A stretch of 46,891 nucleotides of DNA from Malacoraja senta (Eukaryota), in the NCBI GenBank assembly GCA_038087875.1, contig JAXLNO010000192.1, positions 1-46,891 on the forward strand, written 5' to 3'. The position numbers and the translations under genes were made by a program. Within the stretch, counting starts at the first letter, position 1. The number at the start of each line of letters is the position of its first letter. The notes under the pieces were generated by a model. That model was not told the DNA's origin. It ran no database searches and was given only the letters and a program-made list of their open reading frames with translations. Of this stretch, positions 11,697 to 23,118 are shown one piece after another.

Positions 11697-12366
11697 TAGA
11701 CACAAGGAACTGCAGATGTCGCTTCATCAAAAACAATGCAAAGTGCTGGAGTAACTGCAGAATCTGAAGAAAGGTCCCGACCCAAAACGTCACCTATCCA
11801 TGTTCTCCACAGATGCTGCCTGACCCGCTGAGTTACTCCAGCACTCTGTGAAACGTCACCTATCCATGTTCTCCACAGATGCTGCCTGACCCGCTGAGTT
11901 ACTCCAGCACTCTGTGAACGTCACCTATCCATGTTCTCCACAGATGCTGCCTGACCCGCTGAGTTACTCCAGCACTCTGTGAAACGTCACCTATCCATGT
12001 TCTCCACAGATGCTGCCTGACCCGCTGAGTTACTCCAGCACTCTGTGAAACGTCACCTATCCATGTTCCCGGCAGCATCTATGGAGCGAAGGAAATAGGC
12101 AACGTTTCGGCCCGAAACCCTTCCGGGTTTCGGCCCGAAACGTTGCCTATTTCCTTCAGGGTTTCGGCCCGAAAGGTTGCCCATTTCCTTCGCTCCACAG
12201 ATGCTGCCTGACCCGCTGAGTTACTCCAGCACTCTGTGAAACGTCACCTATCCATGTTTTCCAGCGATGCTGCCTGACCCGCTGAGTTACTCCAGCACTC
12301 TGTGAAACGTCACCTATCCATGTTCTCCACAGATGCTGCCTGACCCGCTGAGTTACTCCAGCACTC
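11697..12366 (+). mobile_element. PLE-derived composite element: inverted pLTR piece, hammerhead head, 66-bp tandem array and palindromic insert
   Basis: ctgaagaaaggtcccgacccaaaacgtcacc at 11764, then 66-bp units; insert at about 12069-12195. Confidence 0.85.
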
Positions 12367-12855
12367 TATGTTGAACGTCGCTGCTCATCATTGTGTTTAC
12401 CCAACAGAAGGTTCTTAAGCCAAGTTGTAGCAAGATTCGTTTTTTGCACAGATATGGAACCCAAGATGTTTTCCAGGACGTTGTCACCAAAAACCAAGAC
12501 AGTGAGAAGCAGGGGCAGGAGATGGAGATCTGACCTACACCCATGGTCACTGAAGCCGGCTCCAACGTTCAAGAGAGTGAAGGGTCAAGTCTTTCATTGC
12601 CACCAGCAACGACAACTAAATCCTCACTTGCTGCAGTTTTACAACAACCCCGTTAACACAACATCACACTGATAAATAGATAACTTGGACCTATTGTCTA
12701 TTGTCTATAACTAGCAACAATACAACAAACTAAAATAGTTTGTTCTCAAATATAATAACAGTTTGGAAAGTCTGTAAACTTGGTTTTGTCGGAAGTCTTG
12801 TTTCATGTAGACGTCACTAACGGACAAGAACATTACAAGATGTTTTATGCGTGTC

Positions 12856-13308
12856 AATAGACAATAGACAATAGGTGCAGGAGTAGGCCATTCGGCCTTC
12901 GAGCCAGCACCGCCATTCAATGTGATCATGGCTGATCATCCCCAATCAGTACCCCTTCCTGCCTTCTCCCCATATCCCCAGACTCAGCTATCTTTAAGAG
13001 CCCTATCTAGCTCTCTCTTGAAAGCATCCAAAGAACCGGCCTCCATCGCCCTCTGAGGCAAAGAATTCCACAGACTCACCACTCTCTGTGTGAAGAAGTG
13101 TTTCCTCGTCTCCGTTCTAAATGGCTTACCACTTATTCTTAAACTGTGCCCCCTGGTTCTGGACTCCCCCAACATCGGGAACATGTTTCCTGCCTCTAGC
13201 GTGTCCAAACCCTTAATAATCTTATATGTTTCAATAAGATGCCCTCTCATCCTTCCAAATTCCCGGGAGTATACAAGCCCAGTCGCATCTATTTTCTCAG
13301 CATATGAC
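12856..13308 (-). mobile_element. CR1 LINE 3' fragment
   Basis: The C-terminal part of ORF 12984-13496 matches CR1 ORF2; (ctattgt)n tail. Confidence 0.9.
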
Positions 13309-13673
13309 GTCAACATTCTGTTTCTCCCGAGATGCTGCCTGTCCCGCTGAGTTACTCCAGCATTTTGATGTACAACATCTCTATAGCACCTGCAGTTCCT
13401 TCCAACACAGAATGCATGACTCTGCAGATGGGTCTCTGCTGCGTTCATAATATAGGCATCACGGTTTGCCCACTGGGTCTTACTGCCGAGTAACACAACT
13501 CACACAAACATGCCAAGACAGAACCCCTCACACAAACACACAGGGGTTGAGGTAATCCAGTCTGGGTTACTGTCGCAAAGGGGCCAACACAACACTGTGG
13601 CCAGTAGCCAGAGGTAACTCAGCAATATTATCTGGATGACTGTCCAGTCAGAAGCTGAAGTCTTTCATCTCAG

Positions 13674-13862
13674 GATATGTACAGTTGTTCAAGCACGACC
13701 CCATACGTAGCACCCAGCAAAACATCACACCTTCAAGCTCAGCTTTCAACTGCTGACATGGTTGAAGGAGACAACAAAGACCTTTACATTGAAACAGATG
13801 AGGGTGGCACTGGAGAACCAACATCAACGAAACCAAATAACCAACGACAGACAGACAGACAG
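13674..13862 (+). other. Candidate internal exon (189 nt, phase 0-0), product unknown
   Basis: tctttcatctcag| acceptor, CAG|gtgagc donor, open 63-codon frame in unique sequence; no recognisable homology. Confidence 0.3.
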
Positions 13863-13967
13863 GTGAGCTGCTGGAAATCTGCCAGCAACTTGCTGGGCCT
13901 CAGTGGAATATTCTCTTGAAGGAAATCGTTTCTATTTTATGAAGCTTCAACAGTTGAATGCTCTTGC

Positions 13968-14238
13968 ATCCCCCTCATCCCCCACCCCACCCCCAGCCTC
14001 CACCCCCACCCTCCACCTCAACCCCCACCCCAGCCTCCCCCCCACCCTCCACCCCCAGCCTCCACCCCAACCCTCCACCTCCCACCCTCACTCCACCCTC
14101 CACCTCAACCCCCACCCCCAGCCTCCACCCTCCACCCCCACCTCCACCTCCACTCTCCACCCCCCACCCCCATCCTCCACCCTCCCACCCCACCCTCCAC
14201 CGTCACCTCCACCCTCCACCCTCCACCCCCATCCCATC
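13968..14238. repeat. C-rich low-complexity tract (CCACCCTCCACC-like)
   Basis: Direct low-complexity repeats; G-rich on the minus strand. Confidence 0.9.
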
Positions 14239-14575
14239 CAGAGGGGTTTAGAATCTGGAATGCACTCCCCTAGTTTTACAAATGTTTATGACATTTCTAA
14301 ATGACCATTAAATTGCCATGGCCAGGAAGACACAGCCCGAGTGGTGGAAATGGGATGAGTGTAGAAGGGAATGCAAATGGTCGGCATGGGCGTGATGGGC
14401 CGAAGGCCCTGTGTCCATGCTGCACTACCGTGACATTGCAGTAGATCCTTTCCCCCTCGAGGATAGTGAAGTATAATGTGTCGTAAAGGGTTCGGGGTAG
14501 TTTGTGGTCAATATTATTGATATTGTCTTGAATTTGAGATCAATTAATTAACTTGTGGAATGTAAACTCCCATCT

Positions 14576-14870
14576 CTTGGTAATTCCTTCCCACATCTGA
14601 ATAAGGAGTAAGCCATTTAGAATGGAGACGAGGAAACACTTTTTCACACAGAGAGTTGTGAGTCTGTGGAATTCTCTGCCTTAGAGGGTGGTGGAGGCAG
14701 GTTCTCTGGATACTTTCAAAAGAGAGCTAGATAGATAGCGGAGTCAGGGGATATGGGGAGAAGGCAGGAACGGGGTACTGATTGGGGATGATCAGCCATG
14801 ATCACATTGAATGGCGGTGCTGGCTCGAAGGGCCGAATGGCCTACTCCTGCACCTATTGTCTATTGTCTA
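14576..14870 (+). mobile_element. CR1 LINE 3' fragment
   Basis: gagttgtgagtctgtggaattctctgcc...cctactcctgcacctattgtctattgtcta. Confidence 0.9.
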
Positions 14871-15150
14871 AATGCTGGACTGGTGATCTAACCATTCAAC
14901 ACAAGTATCCCTTCCTTTGACAACCGGCTCAGTTACAATAAGTATATTTTTGTCCATTCAATTGCGGCTGTAAGTTTAAAGGTTGGAGTAGAGAATGTTC
15001 TGTGATTGAAGCTCACGATATTATATTCCATTGGCGTTCAGCAGTGGAAATAATCGGAGTAACTCCATTTTAGAGAAGCATTGTATCCCATAGCAAGATG
15101 TCAGTGCTGCATATGGAGCTGACCAGTCCTGGCGGTACCAGGAGAAGGAT

Positions 15151-15738
15151 ATGAAGAAGGGTCTCGACCCAAAACATCACCCATTCCTTCTCTCCACAGA
15201 TGCTGCCTGTCCCGCTGAGTTACTCCAGCACTCTGTGAAACGTCACCTATCCATGTTCTCCACAGATGCTGCCTGACCCGCTGAGTTACTCCAGCACTCT
15301 GTGAAACGTCACCTATCCATGTTCCCCACAGATGCTGACCGGCCCGCTGAGTTACTCCAGCACTCTGTGAAACGTCACCTATCCATGTTCTCCACAGATG
15401 CTGCCTGACCCGCTGAGTTACTCCAGCACTCTGTGAAACGTCACCTATCCATGTTCCGGCAGCATCTATGGAGCGAAGGAAATAGGCAACGTTTCGGCCC
15501 GAAACGTTGCCTATTTCCTTCAGGGTTTCGGCCCGAAAGGTTGCCCATTTCCTTCGCTCCACAGATGCTGCCTGACCCGCTGAGTTACTCCAGCACTCTG
15601 TGAAACGTCACCTATCCATGTTCTCCACAGATGCTGCCTGACCCGCTGAGTTACTCCAGCACTCTGTGAAACGTCACCTATCCATGTTCCCCACAGATGC
15701 TGCCTGACCCACTGAGTTACTCCAGCACTCTGTGTCTA
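15151..15738 (+). mobile_element. PLE-derived composite element (66-bp array with shortened palindromic insert)
   Basis: tgaagaagggtctcgacccaaaacatcacc head; 66-bp units; insert at about 15456-15560. Confidence 0.85.
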
Positions 15739-15771
15739 TGATCAGGCACAGGGTCCGCTCACATGTTACTG

Positions 15772-16070
15772 TTTTAGTTTAGAGATACAGCACGGAAACA
15801 GGCCCTTCGGCCCACCGAGTCTGCACCGACCAGCGATCCCAGCACATTAACACTATCCTACACACACTAGGGACAATTTACACATACACTAAGCCAATTA
15901 ACCTACAAACCTGCACGTCTTTGGAGTGTGGGAGGAAACCGAAGATCTCGGAGAAAACCCACGCAGGTCACGGGGAGAACGTACAAACTCCGTACAGACA
16001 GCACCCGTAGTCGGGATGGAACCCGGGTCTCCGGTGCTGCAAGCGCTGTAAGGCAGCAACTCTACCGCTG
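15772..16070 (-). mobile_element. HE1-like V-SINE
   Basis: Antisense of head, V-domain (cacggggagaacgtacaaactccg) and tail (ttagtttagagatacag). Confidence 0.88.
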
Positions 16071-16604
16071 TACGTGCCAGTGTGTGGGTGGGGCATAATC
16101 ACATCCTTGCAGCAATTGTTTGCAAACTTACTTTGTGCCAAAAACCTCCATGGAAATCTCACCTTTCACCCGATGACTGCAGATATGAACCCACAGAGCC
16201 CACAACAACACATCCAACGATAGTCACAACTGTGGTAAAGTGAGCAAATTATCGGCAGAGATAGTCACAGACAACCAATACACCGGTGATGTCATCTCCT
16301 CACCCTCTCCACAGCCTCCTGTAACCACGTGACCACAACTGAACACAATGCTCCAGATGTGGCCTCAGCAGTCTTCACACAGCTGTAACACGACTTCCTG
16401 ACATCTATACTCAACACCTCGACAGATAAAGGCAATTACAAGAGGCAAAGATGACGGACAATCTCATGAAAACACACTGGTTCAAGCATGATTGCATTTA
16501 AAATCGGTGAAGGCTGTCGAACATAACGTCTGCTTTCTGTCAGCATGTGTCCACTTAGAGTTGACTGCACTGTGGTGAAAGCAATCTGTCGATTGGGAAG
16601 AGGT

Positions 16605-16727
16605 CATAAGGTCATAGTGATAGGAGCAGAATTAGGCCATTCGGACCATCAAGTTTACTCCGCCATTCAATCATGGCTGATCTATCCCTCCCTCCAAACC
16701 CCATTCTCCTGCCTTCTCCCCATAACC
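16605..16727 (-). mobile_element. CR1 3' tail (older copy, continued at 18171-18394)
   Basis: ...ccttctccccataacc continues seamlessly as taacccctgacacacgtactaatc at 18171. Confidence 0.8.
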
Positions 16728-18170
16728 GCAAACGTAACCCCACTTTTTAAGAAGGGAGGGAGAGAGAAAATGGGGAATTACAGACCAGTTAGTCTAACAT
16801 CGGTAGTGGGGAAACTGCTAGAGTCAGTTATTAAAGATGGGATAGCAGCACATTTGGAAAGTGGTGAAATCATTGGACAAAGTCAGCATGGATTTACGAA
16901 AGGTAAATCGTGTCTGACGAATCTTATAGAATTTTTCGAGGATGTAACTAGTAGAGTGGATAGGGGAGAACCAGTGGATGTGTTGTATCTGGACTTTCAG
17001 AAGGCTTTCGACAAGGTACCACATAAGAGATTAGTATACAAACTTAAAGCACACGGTATTGGGGGTTCAGTATTGATGTGGATAGAGAACTGGCTGGCAA
17101 ACAGGAAGCAAAGAGTAGGAGTAAACGGGTCCTTTTCACAATGGCAGGCAGTGACTAGTGGGGTACCGCAAGGCTCAGTGCTGGGACCCCAGCTATTTAC
17201 AATTTATATTAATGACCTGGATGAAGGCAACATCTCCAAGTTTGCGGATGACACTAAGCTGGGGGGCAGTGTTAGCTGTGAGGAGGATGCTAGGAGACTG
17301 CAAGGTGACTTGGATAGGCTGGGTGAGTGGGCAAATGTTTGGCAGATGCAGTATAATGTGGATAAATGTGAGGTTATCCACTTTAGTGGCAAAAACAGGA
17401 AAGCAGACTATTATCTAAATGCTGGCCGATTAGCAAAAGGGGAGATGCAGCGAGACCTGGGTGTCATGGTACACCAGTCATTGAAAGTAGGCATGCAGGT
17501 GCAGCAGGCAGTGAAGAAAGCGAATGGTATGTTAGCTTTCATAGCAAAAGGATTTGAGTATAGGAGCAGGGAGGTTCTACTGCAGTTGTACAGGGTCTTG
17601 GTGAGACCACACCTGGAGTATTGCGTACAGTTTTGGTCTCCAAATCTGAGGAAGGACATTATAGCCATAGAGGGAGTGCAGAGAAGGTTCACCAGACTGA
17701 TTCCTGGGATGTCAGGACTTTCATATAAAGAAGGACTGGATGGACTCGGCTTATACTCGCTAGAATTTAGGAGATTGAGAGGGGATCTTATAGAAACTGA
17801 CAAAATTCTTATGGGGTTGGACAGGCTAGATGCAGGAAGATTGTTCCCGATGTTGGGGAAGTCCAGGACAAGGGGTCACAGCTTAAGGATAAGGGGGAAA
17901 TCCTTTAAGACCGAGATGAGAAAAAACTTTTTCACACAGAGTGGTGAATCTCTGGAACTCTCTGCCACAGAGGGTAGTTGAGGCCAGTTCATTGGCTATA
18001 TTTAAGAGGGAGTTAGATGTGGCCCTTGTGGCTAAAGGGATCAGGGGGTATGGAGAGAAGGCAGGTACGGGATACTGAGTTGGATTATCAGCCATGATCA
18101 TATTGAATGGCGGTGTGAGGCTCGAAGGGCCGAATGGCCTACTCCTGCACCTATTTTCTATGTATCTATG
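16728..18170 (+). mobile_element. 5'-truncated CR1 LINE (RT domain and 3' tail), 5-bp TSD TAACC
   Basis: RT motifs YRPVSLTS, YLDFQKAFD, GVPQGSVLGP, FADD; highly similar to 28402-29853; in-frame 3-aa deletion (DLDEG/NISK) and a late frameshift; TSD at 16723-16727 / 18171-18175. Confidence 0.92.
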
Positions 18171-18394
18171 TAACCCCTGACACACGTACTAATCAAGAAT
18201 CTATCTATCACTGCCTTAAAAATATCCATTGACTTGGCCTCCACAGCGATCTGTGGCAAAGAATTCCACAGATTCACCACCCTCTTACTAAAGAAATTCC
18301 TCCTCATCTCCTTCCTAAAAGAACGTCCTTTAATTCTGAGGCTGTGCCCTCTAGTCTTAGACTCTCCCACTAGTGGAAACATCCTCTCCACATC
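18171..18394 (-). mobile_element. CR1 3' fragment (host of the 16728-18170 insertion)
   Basis: ORF 18158-18433 gives DVERMFPLVGES...RVVNLWNSLP. Confidence 0.85.
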
Positions 18395-18489
18395 CAAGTG
18401 TTGCCCAATCTCCCAATCGGACACCATGTACACAGATCTCTGTCCACCCTGTTACCGTGCAGAATCTCAGCATTCATGGATGGCACAGT

Positions 18490-18710
18490 AGACACAGAGT
18501 GCTGGAGTAACTCAGCGGGTCAGGCAGCATCTGTGGAGAACATGGATAGGTGACGTTTCACAGAGTGCTGGAGTAACTCAGCGGGTCAGGCAGCATCTGT
18601 GGAGAACATGGATAGGTGATGTTTCACAGAGTGCTGGAGTAACTCAGCGGGTCAGGCAGCATCTGTGGAGAACATGGATGGGTGACGTTTCAGGTGGGGA
18701 CCTTCTTCAG
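18490..18710 (-). repeat. PLE-derived 66-bp array (3 units) with degenerate hammerhead head
   Basis: acagagtgctggagtaactcagcgggtcaggcagcatctgtggagaacatggataggtgacgtttc x3, ending ccttcttcag. Confidence 0.85.
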
Positions 18711-19539
18711 AGGGGGTGGCTTCCGTGTCCATGGCCACTGATTGTGACATCCGCACATTCTCCAGGGTTTCTGTTCCAGGTGGCGACAGCTTCACTCGCT
18801 GGGAATGGAATTGAAGGTTGAGCAATCAGCGGCAAACATCCTCACTTCTGACATCACACTGCAGCAAATGGAAGAGCAAGTCAGGGTCGACCCACCGAGG
18901 GATGTCTGTGGTCGTGTCCATGGGACAGGGGTCTCCAACAAGCACAGCCATCTTCCTCCATGTCCCTCTCCATGGCCACGATCTAGCTTTGACAACCTCC
19001 ACCCTCTCCCATCATCACCCCATCCAACAGTTCGAAGCTTCCCAAATTGTTTGTGCTCCTCCTCCCGTGAGGCACTGTATGCTCACACTCTGGGGCCAAC
19101 CACATGGGGGCTGTTGAAGGGTTTGAACGGCATTACTAGAACATCAGTCAGTAAAGAGCTCAAACAAAAAGATGATACGATTTGAAAGAACACACTATTA
19201 CAAAAAGTGCGAGGAAGACAGAAGATGCTCTATGTTCCATGGTAACGTGGCAATGAATTGGAATTGTCCATTATCTGGCCTCTGGTCCAAGCCTCATTAT
19301 TATCCATTAGCAGCGCTGTTATTGTGATGTTACGTGCTGGAACGCCCCAACAGCACTCTATAAAGTCACAATCATTTGAGTGTATTTTTCACATGTTGAT
19401 TTAATCTTTTTTTAGTTATTAGTTTATTAAATGTTGATGGGAAATAGTTGATCAATGGAGTTTAATTTTTCATTGAGATATGAGGTGTGGATAATACATC
19501 ACCATCCATGAGTCCCTTCCCACCCAAACCACCCCCTCC

Positions 19540-19958
19540 CCGGGCACTTTACCCTGCAACCGCAGGAAGTGCTACACTTGTCGCTTTACCTCCCCCCTTG
19601 ACTCCATTCAAGGACCCAAACAGTCTTTCCAGGTGAGGCAGAGGTTCACCTGCATCTCCTCCAACCTCATCTATTGCATCCGCTGCTCTAGATGTCAGCT
19701 GCTCTACATCGTGAGACCAAGCGTAGGCTTGGCGATCGCTTCGCCCAACACCTCCGCTCGGTCCGCATTAACCAACCTGATCTCCCGGTGGCTCAGCACT
19801 TCAACTCCCCCTCCCATTCCAAATCCGACCTTTCTATCCTGGGCCTCCTCCATGGCCAGAGTGAGTCCCACCGTAAATTGGAGGAGCATCACCTCATATT
19901 TTGCTTGGGCAGTTTACACCCCAGCGGTATGAACATTGACTTCTCCAATTTCAGGTAG
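19540..19958 (+). pseudogene. Frameshifted PLE GIY-YIG endonuclease domain
   Basis: ORFs 19633-19932 and 19692-19958 join at tacatcgtgagacc, consistent with one G lost from YIGET. Confidence 0.85.
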
Positions 19959-20055
19959 TCCTTGCTTTCTCCCTCCTTCCCCTCCCCCTTCCCAGCTCTC
20001 CCACAGCCCACTGTCTCTGCCTCTTCCTTTCTTCTTCCCACCTCCCCCCACATCA

Positions 20056-20087
20056 GTCTGAAGAAGGGTCTCGACCCGAAACGTCAC
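20056..20087 (+). ncRNA. Minimal type-I hammerhead ribozyme motif in PLE pLTR
   Basis: GU CUGAAGA A GGGU-CUCG-ACCC GAAA CG UC AC: conserved core boxes, stem II, palindromic ACGU in place of stem III, predicted cleavage after C20085. Confidence 0.7.
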
Positions 20088-20269
20088 CTATTCATTCGCT
20101 CCATAGATGCTGCCTCGCCCGCTTTTCGACTTCCTTCGATTTTTCCAGCAGTTCTTTCTTAAACATCCATGAGTCAGATGATTTCACCCGTCACTGCTGG
20201 GCTTTAGTGAGCATTGTTTCAAAGCCAATATTTTGTTTTAAAGTATAATGTTATCATGAAGTATACAAA

Positions 20270-20392
20270 CAAAGAACTGCAGATGCTTGTTTATACCAGA
20301 GGCACAAAGTACTGGAGTAACTCAGTGGGACAGGCAGCATCTCGAGAGAAAAAGGAATGGGTGATATTTCGGGTCATGACCCTTCTTCACAC
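20270..20392 (-). mobile_element. Solo PLE pLTR fragment
   Basis: gaactgcagatgc...gagtaactcag...tttcgggtcatgacccttcttca. Confidence 0.75.
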
Positions 20393-20393
20393 G

Positions 20394-20729
20394 TTCACAA
20401 GTTATAGGAGTAGAATTAGGCCATTCGACCCATCGAGACTACGCCATTCAATCATGGCTGATCTCAGCCTCCTAATCCCATTTTCCTTCTCCCCATAACC
20501 CTGGACACCCGTTCTAATCAAGAATCTATCTATCTCTGCTGTAAAAATATCCATTGACTTGGCCTCCACAGCCCTCTGTGGCAATGAGTTCCACAGATTA
20601 ACTACCCTCTGACTAAAGAAGTTCCTCCTCACCTCCTTTCCAAAAGAGCGCCCTTTAATTCTGAGACTATGACCTCTGATCCTAGACTCTCCCACTAGTG
20701 GAAACAACCTCTCCACATCCACTCTATCT
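20394..20729 (-). mobile_element. CR1 LINE 3' fragment
   Basis: ORF 20402-20755 gives DRVDVERLFPLVGESR...RVVNLWNSLP. Confidence 0.9.
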
Positions 20730-20916
20730 CTGCTTCTCATTATTCTTACATACATAACATACCAAACATATCAGAAACATATCAGACATTTTATAAACAT
20801 ATGAGACATATCAAGAAAAACAGTTACTGCCAAAGATCCACAATACCCACTGAGGAAGCTTGGCCATAGTTGGGTTCTACAATCGCCCTAAACTATGTTT
20901 AAACCAATAAACTAAC

Positions 20917-21460
20917 CTGAAGAAGAGTCTCAACTCGAAACGTCACCTATCCATGTTCCCCACAGATGCTGCCTGACCCGCTGAGTTACTCCAGCACTCT
21001 GTGAAACATCACCTATCCATGTTCCGGCAGCATCTATGGAGCGAAGGAAATAGGCAACATTTCGGCCCGAAACCCTTCCGGGTTTCGGCCCGAAACGTTG
21101 CCTATTTCCTTCAGGGTTTCGGCCCGAAAGGTTGCCCATTTCCTTCGCTCCACAGATGCTGCCTGACCCGCTGAGTTACTCCAGCACTCTGTGAAACGTC
21201 ACCTATCCATGTTCTCCACAGATGCTGCCTGACCCGCTGAGTTACTCCAGCACTCTGTGAAACGTCACCTATCCATGTTCCCCACAGATGCTGCCTGACC
21301 CGCTGAGTTACTCCAGCACTCTGTGAAACGTCACCTATCCATGTTCTCCACAGATGCTGCCTGACCCGCTGAGTTACTCCAGCATTTTGTGAATCATCAC
21401 CTATCCATGTTCTCCACAGATGCTGCCTGACCCGCTGAGTTACTCCAGCACTCTGTGTCT
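20917..21460 (+). mobile_element. PLE-derived composite element (hammerhead head, 66-bp array, palindromic insert)
   Basis: ctgaagaagagtctcaactcgaaacgtcacc at 20917; insert at about 21024-21150 nearly identical to 12069-12195. Confidence 0.85.
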
Positions 21461-21836
21461 GTTCGTCTAAACTATATTTCAGGCTAAATTACAAAGTGGG
21501 TTTACAATGTGGATTGTAAAAGCCCAGCGTTCAGCTGGAAGCACCACTCCACATTCCAAATGGCAAGAGTTACTGGGCCTTCTGTAAACGTAACGCAGTC
21601 CTTTGTAAAGGGCTTGGATACTTCTGCCCGCTCACACCCCAGAAGACATCGGAGTGTGCTCTTTGATGTTCGTCTCTGGCAGTAGTTTGCTCCTGGAACT
21701 GTGAATTTCTGTCAACTGACTGTAAAATGGCAACTCACCATAGAATCTGTATCACGGTGATAAACATGTTCTCTGATGAGTTGCCCGACAATTATATAAA
21801 ATGGCCCTTCAGTGCTTCTCCAAGTGCATTCACATC

Positions 21837-22167
21837 TGTTCCCCGATGTTGGGGGAGGCCAGAACCAGGGGTCACAGTTTAAGAATAAGGGGTCGGCCAT
21901 TTAGGACAGAGATGAGGAAAAACTTTTTCACCCAGAGAGTTGTGAATCTGTGGAATTCTCTGCCAGTGGAGGCAGTGGAGGCCGATTCACTGGATGTTTT
22001 CAAGAGAGAGTTAGATTTAGCTCTCAGGGCTAACGGAATCAAGGGATATGGGGAGAAAGCAGGAACGGGGTACTGATTGGGGATGATCGGCCATGGATCA
22101 TATTGAATGGCGGTGCTGGCTCGAAGGGCCGAATGGCCTTCTCCTGCACCTATTGTCTATGTTTCTA
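21837..22167 (+). mobile_element. CR1 LINE 3' fragment
   Basis: ORF 21801-22076 C-terminus ...RVVNLWNSLP...GTGY*, followed by the tail. Confidence 0.9.
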
Positions 22168-23066
22168 CAGACACATCTCAACTGATATGGCCGGCAGGTT
22201 CTTGAGGTCCCGTTAGTTTCAGATGGTTTCTGCTGCACAATAATTATCTAACGTGCGTCACCAACCCGCATGCTCTATTGAAACTTCCAACACAGACGTG
22301 ACTGAGGGGGGCAGGGCTGCTCGATCACGTCGAACACTTGTGGTTATTCTGTCCACTGACACCTAATATAAACAAGCATGGTGACTGAAGTGGTGGGGAA
22401 AGTGTGCCAACATACAGGGGTCAGCTCTGTGGAAACTACCAGGCAGAATGAATGACCCAGCCCTGCATTACTAACAAAGCACCATATACCGTGAAGGTGA
22501 ACCCGCTCCAAACACCAGCCCCAGGAGGCACAAATGAACCAACGGCTGGCTGGCTGTGTGTACAGTCAGCTCAACCAGGCACCAGCAACAGGTTTGTCCA
22601 CTAGTTTTATCACATTCCAAACACAAATGCTAACCGCCAGTGAAAAACAAAAGTGAACATGGTAAAAGCCCTGTCACACGGTGCGAGTTGACCCACGAGG
22701 TACCCCGAACGAAAGACTCGTGGTTGTGCACGAGATTCCAAGTGTATGATCAAGAGTTTAACCGAGTTCCCACGGGTATGACTCAAGTTTGCCGTTAACT
22801 GTCATTTCTGCCATGTTCCAAGTTTGTCTCCCGAGTTAACAAGTTCCTTTCCCGAGTTACTCTTGAGCCAAGAGTCTGTTTTAATAAGCAACATCTCCAT
22901 CCTGCGGCTTTCAGTTAAAGATAGAATTCAGCACGGCCGCATCTATTGATGTGACCTACAGATTGTTGGGAGACGGAGCTCAGGGTTCACCTCCTGAGCT
23001 GCTTTGGTGACCAGGCGTGAGTTCAGGTGGAGGGAGGTTGGGGGTGGGGGGGCAGGTTAAACTCAC

Positions 23067-23118
23067 CCATTTGACAGAGGCAGAGGATTACGAGGATCCA
23101 GCGAGACTCGGACTGCAT
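23067..23118 (-). other. Candidate signal-peptide (leader) exon MQSESRWILVILCLCQM, phase 1
   Basis: 52 nt from ATG to G|GTGAGT donor; hydrophobic core WILVILCLC; no downstream partner exon established. Confidence 0.3.

Larger units (their letters stand above)
19515..20163 (+). mobile_element. Penelope-like retroelement 3' fragment (GIY-YIG endonuclease and pLTR), 12-bp TSD
   Basis: Translation PCNRRKCYTC...NLIYCIRCSRCQLLYI/ETKRRLGDRF..H...VAQHFN...HPSGMN; TSD catccatgagtc at 19503-19514 / 20164-20175. Confidence 0.9.

Noticed and set aside
11800..11860. Each 66-bp unit as a complete hammerhead
   Set aside because: The unit has CTGACCC and CTGAGTT but no CUGAnGA box or stem II; only GAAACGUC is retained.
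11786..12366. CRISPR-like appearance of the 66-, 32-, 36- and 38-bp arrays with internal hairpins
   Set aside because: Units are head-to-tail with no unique spacers, there are no cas genes, and the DNA is vertebrate.
16545..16727. N-terminus of the 478-aa ORF as a genuine RT gene start
   Set aside because: It derives from flanking DNA plus an antisense CR1 tail; the real element begins at 16728.
18780..19185. 126-aa ORF after an acceptor-like site (similar cases at 4106-4330, 2934-3275, 39585-40040)
   Set aside because: No recognisable domain or convincing paired splice sites; the lengths are within chance expectation.
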